A DNA stretch of 64,000 nucleotides, taken from contig NW_026782015.1 of assembly GCF_031769215.1 (NCBI RefSeq), forward strand, positions 1,116,001-1,180,000, given 5' to 3'. The position numbers were made by a program, and so were the translations under genes. This stretch comes from Ylistrum balloti (Eukaryota). Shown piece by piece: positions 52,081-64,000 of the stretch (its first letter is position 1; each line of letters starts with the position of its first letter). The notes under the pieces are model-generated. The model did not search any database. It was not told the origin of the DNA and saw nothing but the letters and a program-made list of their open reading frames with translations.

Positions 52081-52501
52081 CCATGGACTGTGATTCCAGA
52101 CCATGCAGAGAAAAGTACAGCATAGAGCAAGGCCACAAACTTGGACTAACACCTAGCATTCAACTCCTACCCACCCTCTCCAGTACAAACTAGGCATGAA
52201 ATGAACCTTGACCAACAGGACCAACATAGTCTGAAATGATTAGAAAAGTTAAGGAACACTTGAGATCAGCTTGTGGCCAATGTGGCTGAAGAAACTGGAC
52301 ATCCCAGGGAATGGAATCCTTCAAAAATAATTAAGGATGGAGAGGCTAGATTTCAAAACACTTTACTCTAGTGGGGTCATTCCTCATGTAAGTGGTATGT
52401 CCGAGGTGCATGGTTTGTCACTTCTCTGCTATAACTCTAGAGTCACCAGTGGCCATCAGAAGTTCTCACAATGCTAGGAAGGAAAATTTGTTTCACATAT
52501 A

Positions 52502-52677
52502 CAGAGGCGTAGCAATAATGTATGCTTGTATGCTTAAACATACACTCGAATTCCATTGAGATATATTTGCCCAACTTTTTTAACCTTACTGCGCCCCTAG
52601 ACCCCCTAAACCGGGGCTTCGCCCTTGGATCCTCTCTTGAAAGCATACACTCCTAAAAATGTTTTGCTACGCCACTG
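52502..52677. mobile_element. MITE with 12-bp TIRs
   Basis: CAGAGGCGTAGC ... GCTACGCCACTG (11/12 inverted match), both sides flanked by ATA(TA). Confidence 0.6.
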
Positions 52678-53257
52678 ATATATGATCCCCTATAAAGTTT
52701 ATGAAACTTCATAAAAATATTTGTTGAAGTAGGCTATGAGGATTTAAAAGGGTAACCGAAACAAGGTTGAGTATAGTTACAGTTGTGGAATTAAGGATTT
52801 TTTCTGGTAACATTTTGCAGACTATTGATTTCCGAACTATCTTAAAGAAGAAAAATAACCACTTCAGAGGTAAGAGGGAAAAGCATGCCTTTATCCTTTA
52901 ATTTTATCTAGGTATAAATTAAAGTAACATAAAAACAAGGCATCATAGTGATGAGATTTTATTATGATAATCAATTTTAGTTTCTGAAAAAGAAGTTGTA
53001 CCATTTCGGTTTCAAATATTTTTTTTCTTCGGGTGCTCGAAGAACAATTTCTTTCATAGATTGGAACAAAGAAAAAATATTTCCATCTGTTATTTTTTTT
53101 TAAATCCTCTTTTAATCCCACATAACAAATCGGTCGATTTAGATATGATAGATAGGAACAGATAAAGGTATATGAATCATTATAAAGGAATGCTACGCCC
53201 GCTCCAAGCTAACAAATCACACCTGGCGGCGTACTTCAAAGGTGTCGCTCTTGTATG

Positions 53258-53265
53258 TGACGTCA
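53258..53265. promoter_or_regulatory. Perfect CRE palindrome TGACGTCA upstream of DDAH ATG
   Basis: Exact motif 31 nt upstream of the ATG, in a CpG-richer patch; function not shown. Confidence 0.35.
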
Positions 53266-53296
53266 TAACTCATCAAAGCTTCATTTCCTGTTCAAC

Positions 53297-56200
53297 ATGG
53301 CGGCCTTCCAATACAACTATGCGATTGTTTGTCGTATTCCAGACAGTTTCCAGGACATTCAGTCACAACAGGCAGATGCAGACCCCATAGATATTGAAAA
53401 GGCACGCGAGGAACACTCCGAATTTATCAAAACAATGAAAAAATGCGACGTGCGCGTGATTGAGCTGGCATCGGACGAAGCGTACCCCGAATGTCCCTTC
53501 CTGGAGGACTGTGCTCTTGCTATTGGAGGTGTGGCGCTTATCCTCAGACCTTTCTCGAAAACACGGCATGGAGAGGTAAGCTATGTTCAGTTACATTAGA
53601 TATACATGTACAATAGTCTACAAACGTGAAAATATGATGTTTTGAGTTTTTTCCCCACATACACCTTACTTCCAAACGTTCCCATCTTCCACTCTGATTC
53701 ATCAATAGAATTATTCAGATATCCGTTAGACAGGTTGGAAACATTCTTGGATTTACGGGGATTGACTGGAACTCCGAATAGTTTTCTCCTCATAATAGGA
53801 AGCAACATAAAGCATTAATAATATTTCATTCTGTCGTTTATTTCCCAAATATATGTTTTATTGTCACTGATCACAATGTGATGGCTTGCATTGATGGGTC
53901 AGAAAAATCGGGTGAATAATATATTAGATATAAATAGTCAGTGGCTACAATCAGGGATTGAACTTCTTTCAATGCTTTGTACACTTAACTAGTTCTTAAC
54001 ATAACTGAACTATGTTATCATGGTACACAATAAGTTTAAATGTATCTGTAATACCATCCTAAAAATAATCACATTCAGAATCTTTCTCATTAAATAAATC
54101 ATGCCATGCAATTCAAGAATAAAGTTCCCTTCATCTCGATATCATAATAGACTGGAACATGATAACATGATTGTGACCTTTTTTTTTGTACAAATCTCTA
54201 ACTTGGTATTATGTAGCTGAATGATCTCCCACGAAACAAGCACTATAACTTTGTGGCAGGTTACATGATATATTATTAGATTTGTGGCAAATTTCACATC
54301 TGTTGGGTAGAATGGGTTATGCTTGTAAGATACATGCAGGATTTGTTGAAGCATCACCTATAATGCAAAACCGGTCAACCGTGAAAATAAAGCAAATGAA
54401 ATAAGAAACTGTCAAGATGTGTTGTGGTTGTATTTCATTACTATCACTTGACGATTATACAACCGCCCTGCATACCTAGAGGTATCCACACCGACAGCTA
54501 GGGACCTTAGCTGGAACTTCATTGTCATCTGCGTTGGTTCCAAACTTTGAACCTTAAGCTACATCTTGAGACATTGATGTTGTGTCTGCGGAACCATCCT
54601 TGATACTCCAAGGGTTACCATCAATTTAGCTATCTGCACACCTGAAACATATCATTGGAAAATTGAAGGATCCATATACAACACCTTGTAGACAAGGTGA
54701 AAAGACGAAATTTATCCTTTGATGTACATCAAACGAATCTGGAAGTCGCATAACAGTATGTTGCACTGGCTTTAAAGTTGGGTGTCGCTCCTTTGTAATC
54801 CTCAAAATGATTCATGTTATCATCCTGTTATTGGCCAGTTTTTTCTCCTTGAACCAATCAAATTACTTTGCTTGTACCTTCAATTTTGCCATGGCATAAT
54901 CTGGGGATGCAGGATTTGAAAATGATCATAACCCCTGGAGTATAGACGATGCTGCCAAACCTAATAGTTCATGGTCCAATAGAGAACGTCCCCATAAGTA
55001 CATTTGAAAGAAACGGAAGTATTTTTCTCATACCAATGATTATCTTGAATACTTCGTTTGTGAAGTAGAGACCAATGGAACCATACCCCCATTGTTTAAT
55101 GGAGAAGTTCTTGATATCAGGTTAACATTGTTTGTAAACCTGAATCCCACGAGTATCAAAGGTAATAGTGCCCTTATACTGGTACAATGGTCACATATAA
55201 AATTAATTATTTGTGAGTTTTACACTATTATTAATACCGATTAGTCAATATTGAATTTATACCTTGTTGATCCACCACGCAATCAAGACTTGATGTCAAT
55301 TAATTTGTGATCATGTCACTTCAATTTGAGTTTGTAAAGCCAATGACTTCACCTCTAGTTTCACTTGGTGCAACCGTTCTTAAAGGTTTTGTGTACATTT
55401 GTCATATTTGATGATGGCATTATCTTGGATCCCGGCCTCCTCCATAGAGCTCAAGTCAAAACTACAAAATCATTATTTCCTTCTTCTATTTTGTTTCTCA
55501 CATTATTAATGACAGTTGATGAGTTAGGTTCCCCAAAACTTTTAGACTCAGTCCAGTTTCTCACTGGTCTACTATTTATTAGCAAATTGATTGTGCGAAT
55601 GGTGCAGTGCAGTGCATGGTGATAACATGTTTAGAATGGATAGCAATCCGAAAAAGGGATAGATATATACTGAATGTTGCATTAACATTGATATCAAAGT
55701 GATTGAAGGGGCTGGATACATGTAACTGCATAATGATGATTGCAATAACATCAAAGCTGATAGTACTGACCTTACACATAGCTCAATTTATACTATAAAT
55801 TCTCACTTTTAAAATTACTTGTTAGTATGAAACTCAAATGACCATGTTGTTTCAATGTACAACTAATTTTGCCCTATTTGTATACTTAGATTCTCTAAGG
55901 CTATGGATTTTAGAAATATCCATGCCAAGACCTATATGTGAGTATAATGACATAAATCTCTACTGCAATCCTGTTAACACTAACCTCTGTTTGTCTTCAC
56001 CTAGGTTGCAGGGATTCGAAAGCTCTTACAGGAACTGAACCTCCATGTATACGAGATCAAGGATCCTGATGCGTATGTGAATGGAGGTGATGTCTTCTTC
56101 ACTGGTGAGTGTAGACAAGGCTGCATATGTTTATCACGACATAACAACTAGGACTTTAAAAGTGGGCTTTTCAGTTAAACTTTAACTTATAAAGGATCTC

Positions 56201-59200
56201 TAAGCATGCATTATATGTATCATGTAAATCTTACCATTGTAAAAGGAACACAATGTGTCTGTTGTATACCTGAGGCATCCAGTAGAACCATCAATAAGGT
56301 TCAAATCTACGGTGAGGAAGAAGATGTAGCAAAACATATTAAATAGTCAACAATTCATAATATTTACTTCTGGACTGTTGTTTCTCTTAATCAATAAGCT
56401 CAAAATGACAAACAGTAGACCATGAAAACACTATGAAAGGACTACAGCCATTCATGTGGAACAATCAGTTGATTTTACACACAAGATGATCAGTTGTATC
56501 AATATGTCCAAAACTTATTTATGTAAGAGTAAGCTCCCCTTTGTCCAACATTACCAAAGTGATAAAATTAAACCTACTGTTGAGAAGTGAAATTCCACTA
56601 ATTGTTCAAACAACCCTTGATCAAGAACAAAGAAGTTGTCGTTCTTTTATGATATCTTGCGTTGCAAAATGACAGATCGACAGAATCTCTTTTGTGATTT
56701 CATTCTCTGCAGGATTTAAGAATTTTTCATTTCTTTAGCTAGCATGCACCATGAGATGTATAGAGAGTTAGTGCTATCCATTGTCACCATGAAAATGAAA
56801 AAAAGTTAATTAAAGTCCTAAACACATTATTATATGTATAATTAAAGCAGCTATACATGTTGCCTGGTAAGATAATGAAGTGTCACATGCTTCCACTTCA
56901 CCATCACTGAAAAAGTCAGGTGACAACCAGATGAATTCATGTAAATTGTCTTCCTGCTATGATACTTCAATATAGCATTTGTGAAATTATCTGCATATAA
57001 CAGTTTAAGGGATTTTGCCAAAGTGCATATATCTTGTGATACCTGTCAGAATTTTCACTGACATTTTTAGTCACCTGCTGGAGGAATTCCAGCTTCTCAC
57101 TGATACATCTGGGAGTGCATTGAATAAAAAAGAAGTCGGGGGGAGGGGGGATGGGTGAAGGGAAAAAACAAGGAGGCTTAAAAAGATATTTTGTAGTTTT
57201 AATGAATCAGTCGAAAAGGGTAAGCAAACAATATTTTGAATTTTGGCCAGATGATTTACAGTAAATCATGAATACTTTATTTCACAAACTTACCTGTTTA
57301 GACATAATCGTGAATACATGATTTCACTTTAAATTCATGTGTGCTGAACTATTGGTTATATATTGGTAACCATATCAGCATGCTTGTCATCAAGAGTTAA
57401 TTTTGTATAAATAATGGTGAAGTATTTGAATTAGCAATTGATTCTCCTTGCGTATTAACACAGAAATAAATCACACACGAAATATGTATGTATAAGTGAT
57501 TTACAGTAACTTTTCAGTGATGATATGACATTTATAGTTTTGACCAATCAGAGCACATATTTTCCTGTTCAGATGTTATTGACACATAAGTTGAATGAAC
57601 AAGTTGCTTTATCATCAAATCTCCTGTGTTTATTTAGGATTTTCTTTCATTTGGTACATAAAAACAATTTTGTTATTGATTCTTAGTCCATAACAGCATA
57701 AAATGGTTGAATACCATGTAAAACAGAGCTTACTATAGAATGGTATTGTCTTGTTGACATGTAAAAGAATACTACCATCAAACTGTTTGACATCAAATAG
57801 CATACTAATTTTTTTTAACACTGGTTTCTTTTATGAAATAACAAGTAAAACTGTCCCTAACTTTGTTGAACACTTGTTTATTTCATGTTTGGTTCAGGTT
57901 TTTCTTTAATATCGGTTTATTTTATTTTTTAATTCAATAAAAATAATATTATTTACTCATATGACAGAATAAATGTGTATTTAGGTATTATGTTGTACTT
58001 CAGATATATATATATATTTAACAAGAAATCATTAAATGTCCTCTATTTACTGATGATTACGGTATTTTTGGAGACAATTCCAGTCGTCACAAGACCAAAT
58101 TGTATATACAAGACTGTCTTTCACAGGACCAAACTTTATATAAAGCTCCATTCAGTCACTCTACCAGATCGTATACATATATGTAAGGCTGCTGTTACAA
58201 TACCAACAGTTTTTCAAGACTCCTATCTAGTATCGTTACCACTCCCAATGTCAGTAAGGACTCCAGGTTTTTGGTGCAAGAATGTCTCCTTTTTCCTTTT
58301 TCTTTTGACTGTATTTTGTACAAACCACAACTCCAGCAGAAAGAATGCAGATTTTGATGAAGATACTGACACTTCATGTTCATAAGTTTATGCTTAGAAA
58401 CATGGTGAGACAAGCTGCTAAAGTTGTCAGGAAGGAAAATAGACAAAAGAAAAACAAATCTAATGCAGCAACGAAATCAGCCCATGTCAACACTTCAGCC
58501 TCTTTGTCACAGGGATATACAGGAAAACTTTGTCCTGGTTCCATTTGTCTGCATTCAGTACCAGATTTAAACTCTTCATTGTCTTTGCTTTGTTGAGAAT
58601 TTATAGTGGGTATGTCTTTTGTGCGTACATCAAGGAAGGAGCTTGAGGTTGGGTTTTGAGATTGGCAGGACACAGAGTGTTGTGGTAAACTGTCTGGCTG
58701 TGGAGCTATCTTCAATTTTACATGAAAACAAGTCATTCTTCTAGTGAGTCGTATGAAGCACTGAACACATGAAGGTGCAGTTTCACTGTGTAGATGATTA
58801 TGCAAACGTACCTGGATCACTGTCACCATGACAATCAGTGTTCCAAGAGAAAGTAGGGCTAGTAAGTAGGCACTCAGGTAGCTTGTTGTCTGGGAGTTAA
58901 CAGGCAGAGAGCTACTAACAATGGTGAGAAAGACGGCAAATGCTAGGTAAACTGTCATACTGTAGCTGATCTTCTCACCGCTTTCAACAGGAATGATAAA
59001 AGTGAAGACCGCAAGAATGGAGAGGAAGAGGATGGGACAGATGATCGTTAGTAAATAATATTGGGGTTTCCTTTTCAGGTCCAAAGACACTTCAATCTGA
59101 TGAACATCAATTAAACTTACGCTCAGTCTGACTTCAGAGCTAACCATGTCCCACAGTGCATTAGGTTTGAAGGCTTGAAGGGCCACCTTGTCAGAACCCA

Positions 59201-62191
59201 GATCGAAGCTAGTGACTTCATTTGGTGTAGCCCATGCTCCAAATATCAGTTGGCAGGACTGACTGTCGAAAGGGAAGTTCACAATGTCTATGTAGCAGAT
59301 TGTCTCAAATACCTCATACGGCTTCCATAAGATTACCCCATCATATCTAATTTGGACTAAGATGACATCGTCTCCTAACTCTGTAAGCTTTGTGAAGCCA
59401 TTCTGTAGAGTGAGATCTGGTTTCCATACCAGATTCTGTGGCATGTTGAAAGTTTCAATACCACTATAGTCACTAGGATTCCATGTAAGATTTTTGTCTG
59501 TCCATGTTAATTCCAGGAATCCTGTTGTTGTTAACTTTTCTTCTACCTCATCCAGAACATTGATTCCATTTAAGTGAAAAGTAAGATATACAGTGATAGG
59601 AACTTTGGGGTCAAGCTGTGGAGGAATCAGGCTGTCGTAGTCTCTATTGTTGAATAATTCATCCTTCAGTGTTTTGAGAATAGCTACGGACTGAGACCGG
59701 GTTACCACCGACAGTAGTATTACTACTGTATAAACTATCTTCTCCATGCCAGGTATTGGTCAGTCCTGTTTCACTGTCGCTTTAAAGTCTTCCTCCTCAG
59801 TCAAAGCTTCGTTACTGATACAGTTACCTATTAACCTGTATTATACCTGCTGATTGATGATAACTATCTGATACGCACCATTGACCACAAACCATTAAGT
59901 TGATGATAATTGTTGATCGGAGACTTACCCAATCTTCAGCCTGTATTTATGGAAGGGTTTATCAACTCATTTTTTATGTTTAATAACAATGAATCAATGT
60001 AGATGTGTACTAAGTGATTATTGTTCCAAACTTGTTTGTTAATGAGATGCTCAGCCTTGGGGAAATCTATGTTAATTGTATAGGTATTAAAGAGCCTGGC
60101 TTTCCATTGTTTACTGTAAATCCTATGGGGGGATCATTGTCACAGTACAAACCTCACATAGGATCTCGTTAACGTTAGCATGCATCACTGAGTTTACTTT
60201 TACACAAGCCTCTTCTGATGTGTTAATTATATGGCTTACCTGATGTATAAACAGATTTATTTTATCACTTCAGCAGATACAGACAAATAGTTTCAATCTA
60301 GTACATATTAGTACTATAATTGTTGTAATTCTAGCTATATCACTGTTCATTAACAATTTTATGTTTACCATCCCCCAGCAACAGGGCTGTCATAGAGATT
60401 TAGTTTTGATATGGTAAACACATAGTTGGATACACATAAACATATGGAGGAAGGGCCTGCAACCCCTTAATATTACGCTCATTGTTGTTAATTAAAATTT
60501 TGTGTTGTGAGCATAAACTTTGCTTGCATTAAAACTAGGATAATAAACCATGGTGGATACATTTGTCATACTAAGAGGATGTTCTATGTAACAACCGCAG
60601 TATCTGAAACTCCATAATTACAGAATTTTTGCCCTTTGTTAAAATTTTTTGTCAAATAAAGTCATTATTGGGGAGCATTTATCAGTTTCATTGATAATCT
60701 TGTCTTAATATTTACCCCATATTATCATATCATGAAGCTCTACACTTTATTATATTAAGGTGGCTATGGGTCCAGGTTAAAGGGTCAAAGGTCACCTTTG
60801 ACAACTTCTGTAGATTCATTATGTATAGAAACAGGATGATTTGAGGTCTTACGACAGACATTCAATCATCATGGAGTAATCTAGAATATGGGGAATATTA
60901 CCTGTTGTGGAAAAGGGGGAATTTTTGGCCTATTTTGAGAAATTTCAGTCAGACTTTTTCGTTAGAATTCAAAAGAGGAATATAGTAAACATTTATAAAC
61001 ATACATGAAGATTACATAAATAAAATACAATGTTGTTAAAAGGTAAGATTGATATATCTTGTTCATGGTGCCATGATTTGTAAATATAATTAGTAAAATA
61101 ATACTAATTAGCTGTTTGGGGGAAAATTTTTCCTATTTTTTTGAAAATTTTCACATGTTTTAAATATATTATCGCGATGGAGAATTTGTTAATATTCAGA
61201 GGGGGAAACATACTACTTTGGGAATACTACCTTTCCAGGAAGTAAAATCCTGTCTAGATTACTCCCTAATTATTCACTCATTTGATGGTGAGATAGGGGC
61301 ATCTTAACTCTTATAGGAAGATTATTAAGTTGCTAACACCACAGAAGCCTCGTGTTTGTCTGTTAATTCATCTTTCTTATTGGGTTGAGATCCCTCAATC
61401 ACAACTCCAAGGGGATGAAATATTCTTTAAATCTGTGTGGCAGACACATGGAATTAATCTCAATCAATAAATTTACATCATTTTAAATCTTTATTGGTGA
61501 ATTCACATCTTTCATATTTTCATTGATAAAGTAACATCTGTTTAAAACTTTGTTGATAAATTTACATCATTTTAAATCTTCATGGATAAAGTCACATCTT
61601 TTATACTTTCATTGATTAAGTGACAAGTTTATAATGCATATGTATGAGATTGAATTGTGATTAATGGGAAGTAACTCCATTGTTTTCCACAGGTAAGGAG
61701 ATCTTTGTGGGCGTTGGTTCTGATGAGAGGAGTAATGAAAGAGGGGCCAATGCAATAGCCAGTGTTTTCCCTGAGTACAACGTTACACCCATTAAAATGA
61801 GGGGGGATGTTCGCCTCAAGTCCCTAGTGTGTATGGCCGGAAGAGACATCATAGCTTGTGGCAACAGTCCCATGGCCCTCAATGTACTCAACGTAAGTCC
61901 TACAGTGGTGCAATGTAATACAGACAATACCCAAGATCTTTATGTTAGCAAGTGTACAGAATAATACACAATACAATTATTAAAGACACATGAATATATT
62001 TATAGGGATTTGATGTGTCAAGAACCCATTTATAGACTTTAAGTATTTGTTGTTTACAGCAAATCCGTACCACTGCTCAGTACAGCTACAAGATCCTAAA
62101 GCTGGACAATGACCGTGCAGCCAACATGTTGTATGTAAACGGACGACTTATACATCGTACACGAAGTGAGATTGGAGAGAAGTGCTACAGT
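53297..62191 (+). CDS. DDAH: Dimethylarginine dimethylaminohydrolase-like protein, 3' end outside window. Exons: 53297-53575, 56005-56104, 61693-61892, 62060-62191
   Basis: Translation MAAFQYNYAIVCRIPDS..IELASDEAYPECPFLEDCAL..RP..R..E / DPDAYVNGGDVFFTG / KEIFVGV..RSNERGA..RLKSLVCMAG / DRAANMLYVNGRLIHRT aligns colinearly with DDAH1/2; GT-AG, phases consistent. Terminal exon with the nucleophile Cys not found in the window. Confidence 0.9.
54597..54949 (-). repeat. Dispersed element copy 2 with ~75-bp inverted arms and internal palindromes
   Basis: 37/38-nt match of 54853-54890 (reverse complement) to 20779-20816; perfect palindrome TTTGATGTACATCAAA at 54718-54733. Confidence 0.7.
58380..59747 (-). 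CDS. Intronless nicotinic acetylcholine receptor-like (Cys-loop) subunit, non-alpha, cation-type, nested in DDAH intron 2
   Basis: 455-aa uninterrupted ORF: signal peptide, WKPDL loop A, Cys-loop CYIDIVNFPFDSQSC (C-x13-C), LKRKPQYY pre-TM1, four TM segments, GEKIS before TM2 and L9'. No vicinal CC in loop C. Confidence 0.95.
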   Translation of the reverse strand: MEKIVYTVVILLSVVTRSQSVAILKTLKDELFNNRDYDSLIPPQLDPKVPITVYLTFHLNGINVLDEVEEKLTTTGFLELTWTDKNLTWNPSDYSGIETFNMPQNLVWKPDLTLQNGFTKLTELGDDVILVQIRYDGVILWKPYEVFETICYIDIVNFPFDSQSCQLIFGAWATPNEVTSFDLGSDKVALQAFKPNALWDMVSSEVRLSVSLIDVHQIEVSLDLKRKPQYYLLTIICPILFLSILAVFTFIIPVESGEKISYSMTVYLAFAVFLTIVSSSLPVNSQTTSYLSAYLLALLSLGTLIVMVTVIQVRLHNHLHSETAPSCVQCFIRLTRRMTCFHVKLKIAPQPDSLPQHSVSCQSQNPTSSSFLDVRTKDIPTINSQQSKDNEEFKSGTECRQMEPGQSFPVYPCDKEAEVLTWADFVAALDLFFFCLFSFLTTLAACLTMFLSINL

Positions 62192-63074
62192 GTGAGTATT
62201 TGCACTGACCCTGTACACGGTAACCTTACAGTACAACACTGCTAAAAACGCCAATATATTCTTTACAACTAAAACATGATACACCAACAACATAGACAGC
62301 TGTTCACTGGCAGCATTCAATTTGATTGACAGTATTCTTCTACTCTATTTTATCTTGATGAAAATAACTGTTTAAATCAATTTTATTCCCTCTATGACTT
62401 CACATGGCTGTGTTTTTGTCCTGTCTGTTTGTCTGGAAACTAAAACACACCTGTAAAACTAAAACACACCTGTCAGTGGGTGTTTTCGCTGAGCCAATCA
62501 GGCAATAAGTAGTAAGAGTTTTTTACGGTAAACATTGACAATTAATGTGCACATGACATGACAGGTGGGCGGAGCTTGTTACAGATGCTTACAAATTGCA
62601 GACAACACTTTTTCTTAACTATATCATTCTTTGGTTACACTTTGCATTCAATTTCATTTCCATCATAGCTTATGCTTTACAAATATAATCTATTTTAAGT
62701 TTTAAAAAAATCACCAAAGTTTAATTTGGTATAATGATATAGCTTGGCTTTTAGAGATTTATTTTTTAGGTTTATCTTCCCTGTCGACAGCCAGACTACA
62801 TAATCTGACTTTTGTCTGTCCCTAAAAATTTGAGAATAAGAATAGATCTAGAGATTTGGGCGGATGAGAAGAGAAAAACTTTATTCTTGATAATACAGCT
62901 GAATCAAGTTAAAATAGAAATATGTATATCGGATAGGTTTTGCATAATTACCCGTAATTTATATGTATGGAAGAATAAATAACATGTACAACAAAAAGAA
63001 AGAAATGGACAATATTGTATTATGTGCTGTCAATTTTCATGAAAACACAACTGTATAGATTAATTACATTTGAA

Positions 63075-64000
63075 TACATACACCCTCTATAATAACACCA
63101 CAACATCTGTACACATACACCCTCTATAATAACACCACTTCATCTGTACACATACACCCTCTATAATAACACCACTACATCTGTATACATACACCCTCTA
63201 TAATAACACCACAACATCTGTACACATACACCCTCTATAATAACACCACTAATACACACACCACTACATCTGTACACATTCACCCTCTATAATGACACCA
63301 CTACATCTGTACACATACACCCTCTATAATAACACCATTATATCTGTACACATACACCCTCTATAATGACACCACTACATCTGTACACATTCACCCTCTA
63401 TAACACCACTACATCTGTACACATACACCCTCTATAATAACACCACTTCATCTGTACACATACACCCTCTATAATAACACCACTACATCTGTACACATAC
63501 ACCCTCTATAATAACACCACTACATCATAGATCTACTATATCTGTACACATAAACCCTCTATAATAACACCACTACATCTGTACACATACACCCTCTATA
63601 ATGACACCACTACATCTGTACACATTCACCCTCTATAATGACACCACTACATCTGTACACATACACCCTCCATACACCCTCTATAATAACACCACTTCAT
63701 CTGTACACATTCACCCTCTATAATAACACCACTACATCTGTACACATTCACCCTCTATAATGACACCACTACATCTGTACACATTCACCCTCTATAATAA
63801 CACCACTACATCTGTACACATTCACCCTCTATAATAACACCACTACATCTGTGCACATTCACCCTCTATAATAACACCACTACATCTGTACACATACACC
63901 CTCTATAATAATACCACATCTGTACACATACACCCTCTATAATGACACCATTACATCCGTACACATTCACCCTCTATAATGATACCACATCTGTACACAT
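63075..64000. repeat. 37-bp minisatellite in DDAH intron 4, runs off window end
   Basis: ACATCTGTACACATACACCCTCTATAATAACACCACT about 25 copies. Confidence 0.97.

Noticed and set aside
57975-58596. Short ORFs flanking or overlapping the nAChR 3' end
   Set aside because: No recognisable homology; UTR or antisense shadows.
56080-61814. RNA editing restoring the DDAH triad
   Set aside because: A-to-I editing could turn AAT into Asp but cannot turn CGC into His, so it cannot rescue both sites.

Overview
AT-rich, intron- and minisatellite-rich animal genomic DNA, most likely a bivalve mollusc (inferred from gene content and repeat style, not proven). I reconstructed five protein-coding genes by hand from splice sites, phase continuity and homology. 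(1) SUCO: minus strand, 23 phase-consistent exons, 25956->2516. (2) RPS18: minus strand, 5 exons, 152 aa, 5'TOP. (3) VPS52: plus strand, 19 exons, head-to-head with RPS18 with the ATGs only 116 bp apart; it has two minor-spliceosome-type introns (one AT-AA) and one exon that is corrupted in this sequence. (4) A DDAH-family gene: plus strand, runs off the window end, with two of three catalytic-triad residues replaced. (5) An intronless, non-alpha nAChR-like Cys-loop subunit nested antisense in DDAH intron 2. The rest is tandem repeats (many built from or abutting real splice sites), a 5'-truncated L1/Tx1-type LINE with target-site duplication, a decayed Tc1 transposon, SINE/MITE remnants and a two-copy element with inverted arms. 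No CRISPR, rRNA or intact tRNA was seen. Best leads: the putative DDAH pseudo-enzyme with its nested divergent receptor, the RPS18/VPS52 bidirectional pair within an MHC-paralogon-like gene block, the AT-AA U12 intron, and splice-site-derived minisatellites.
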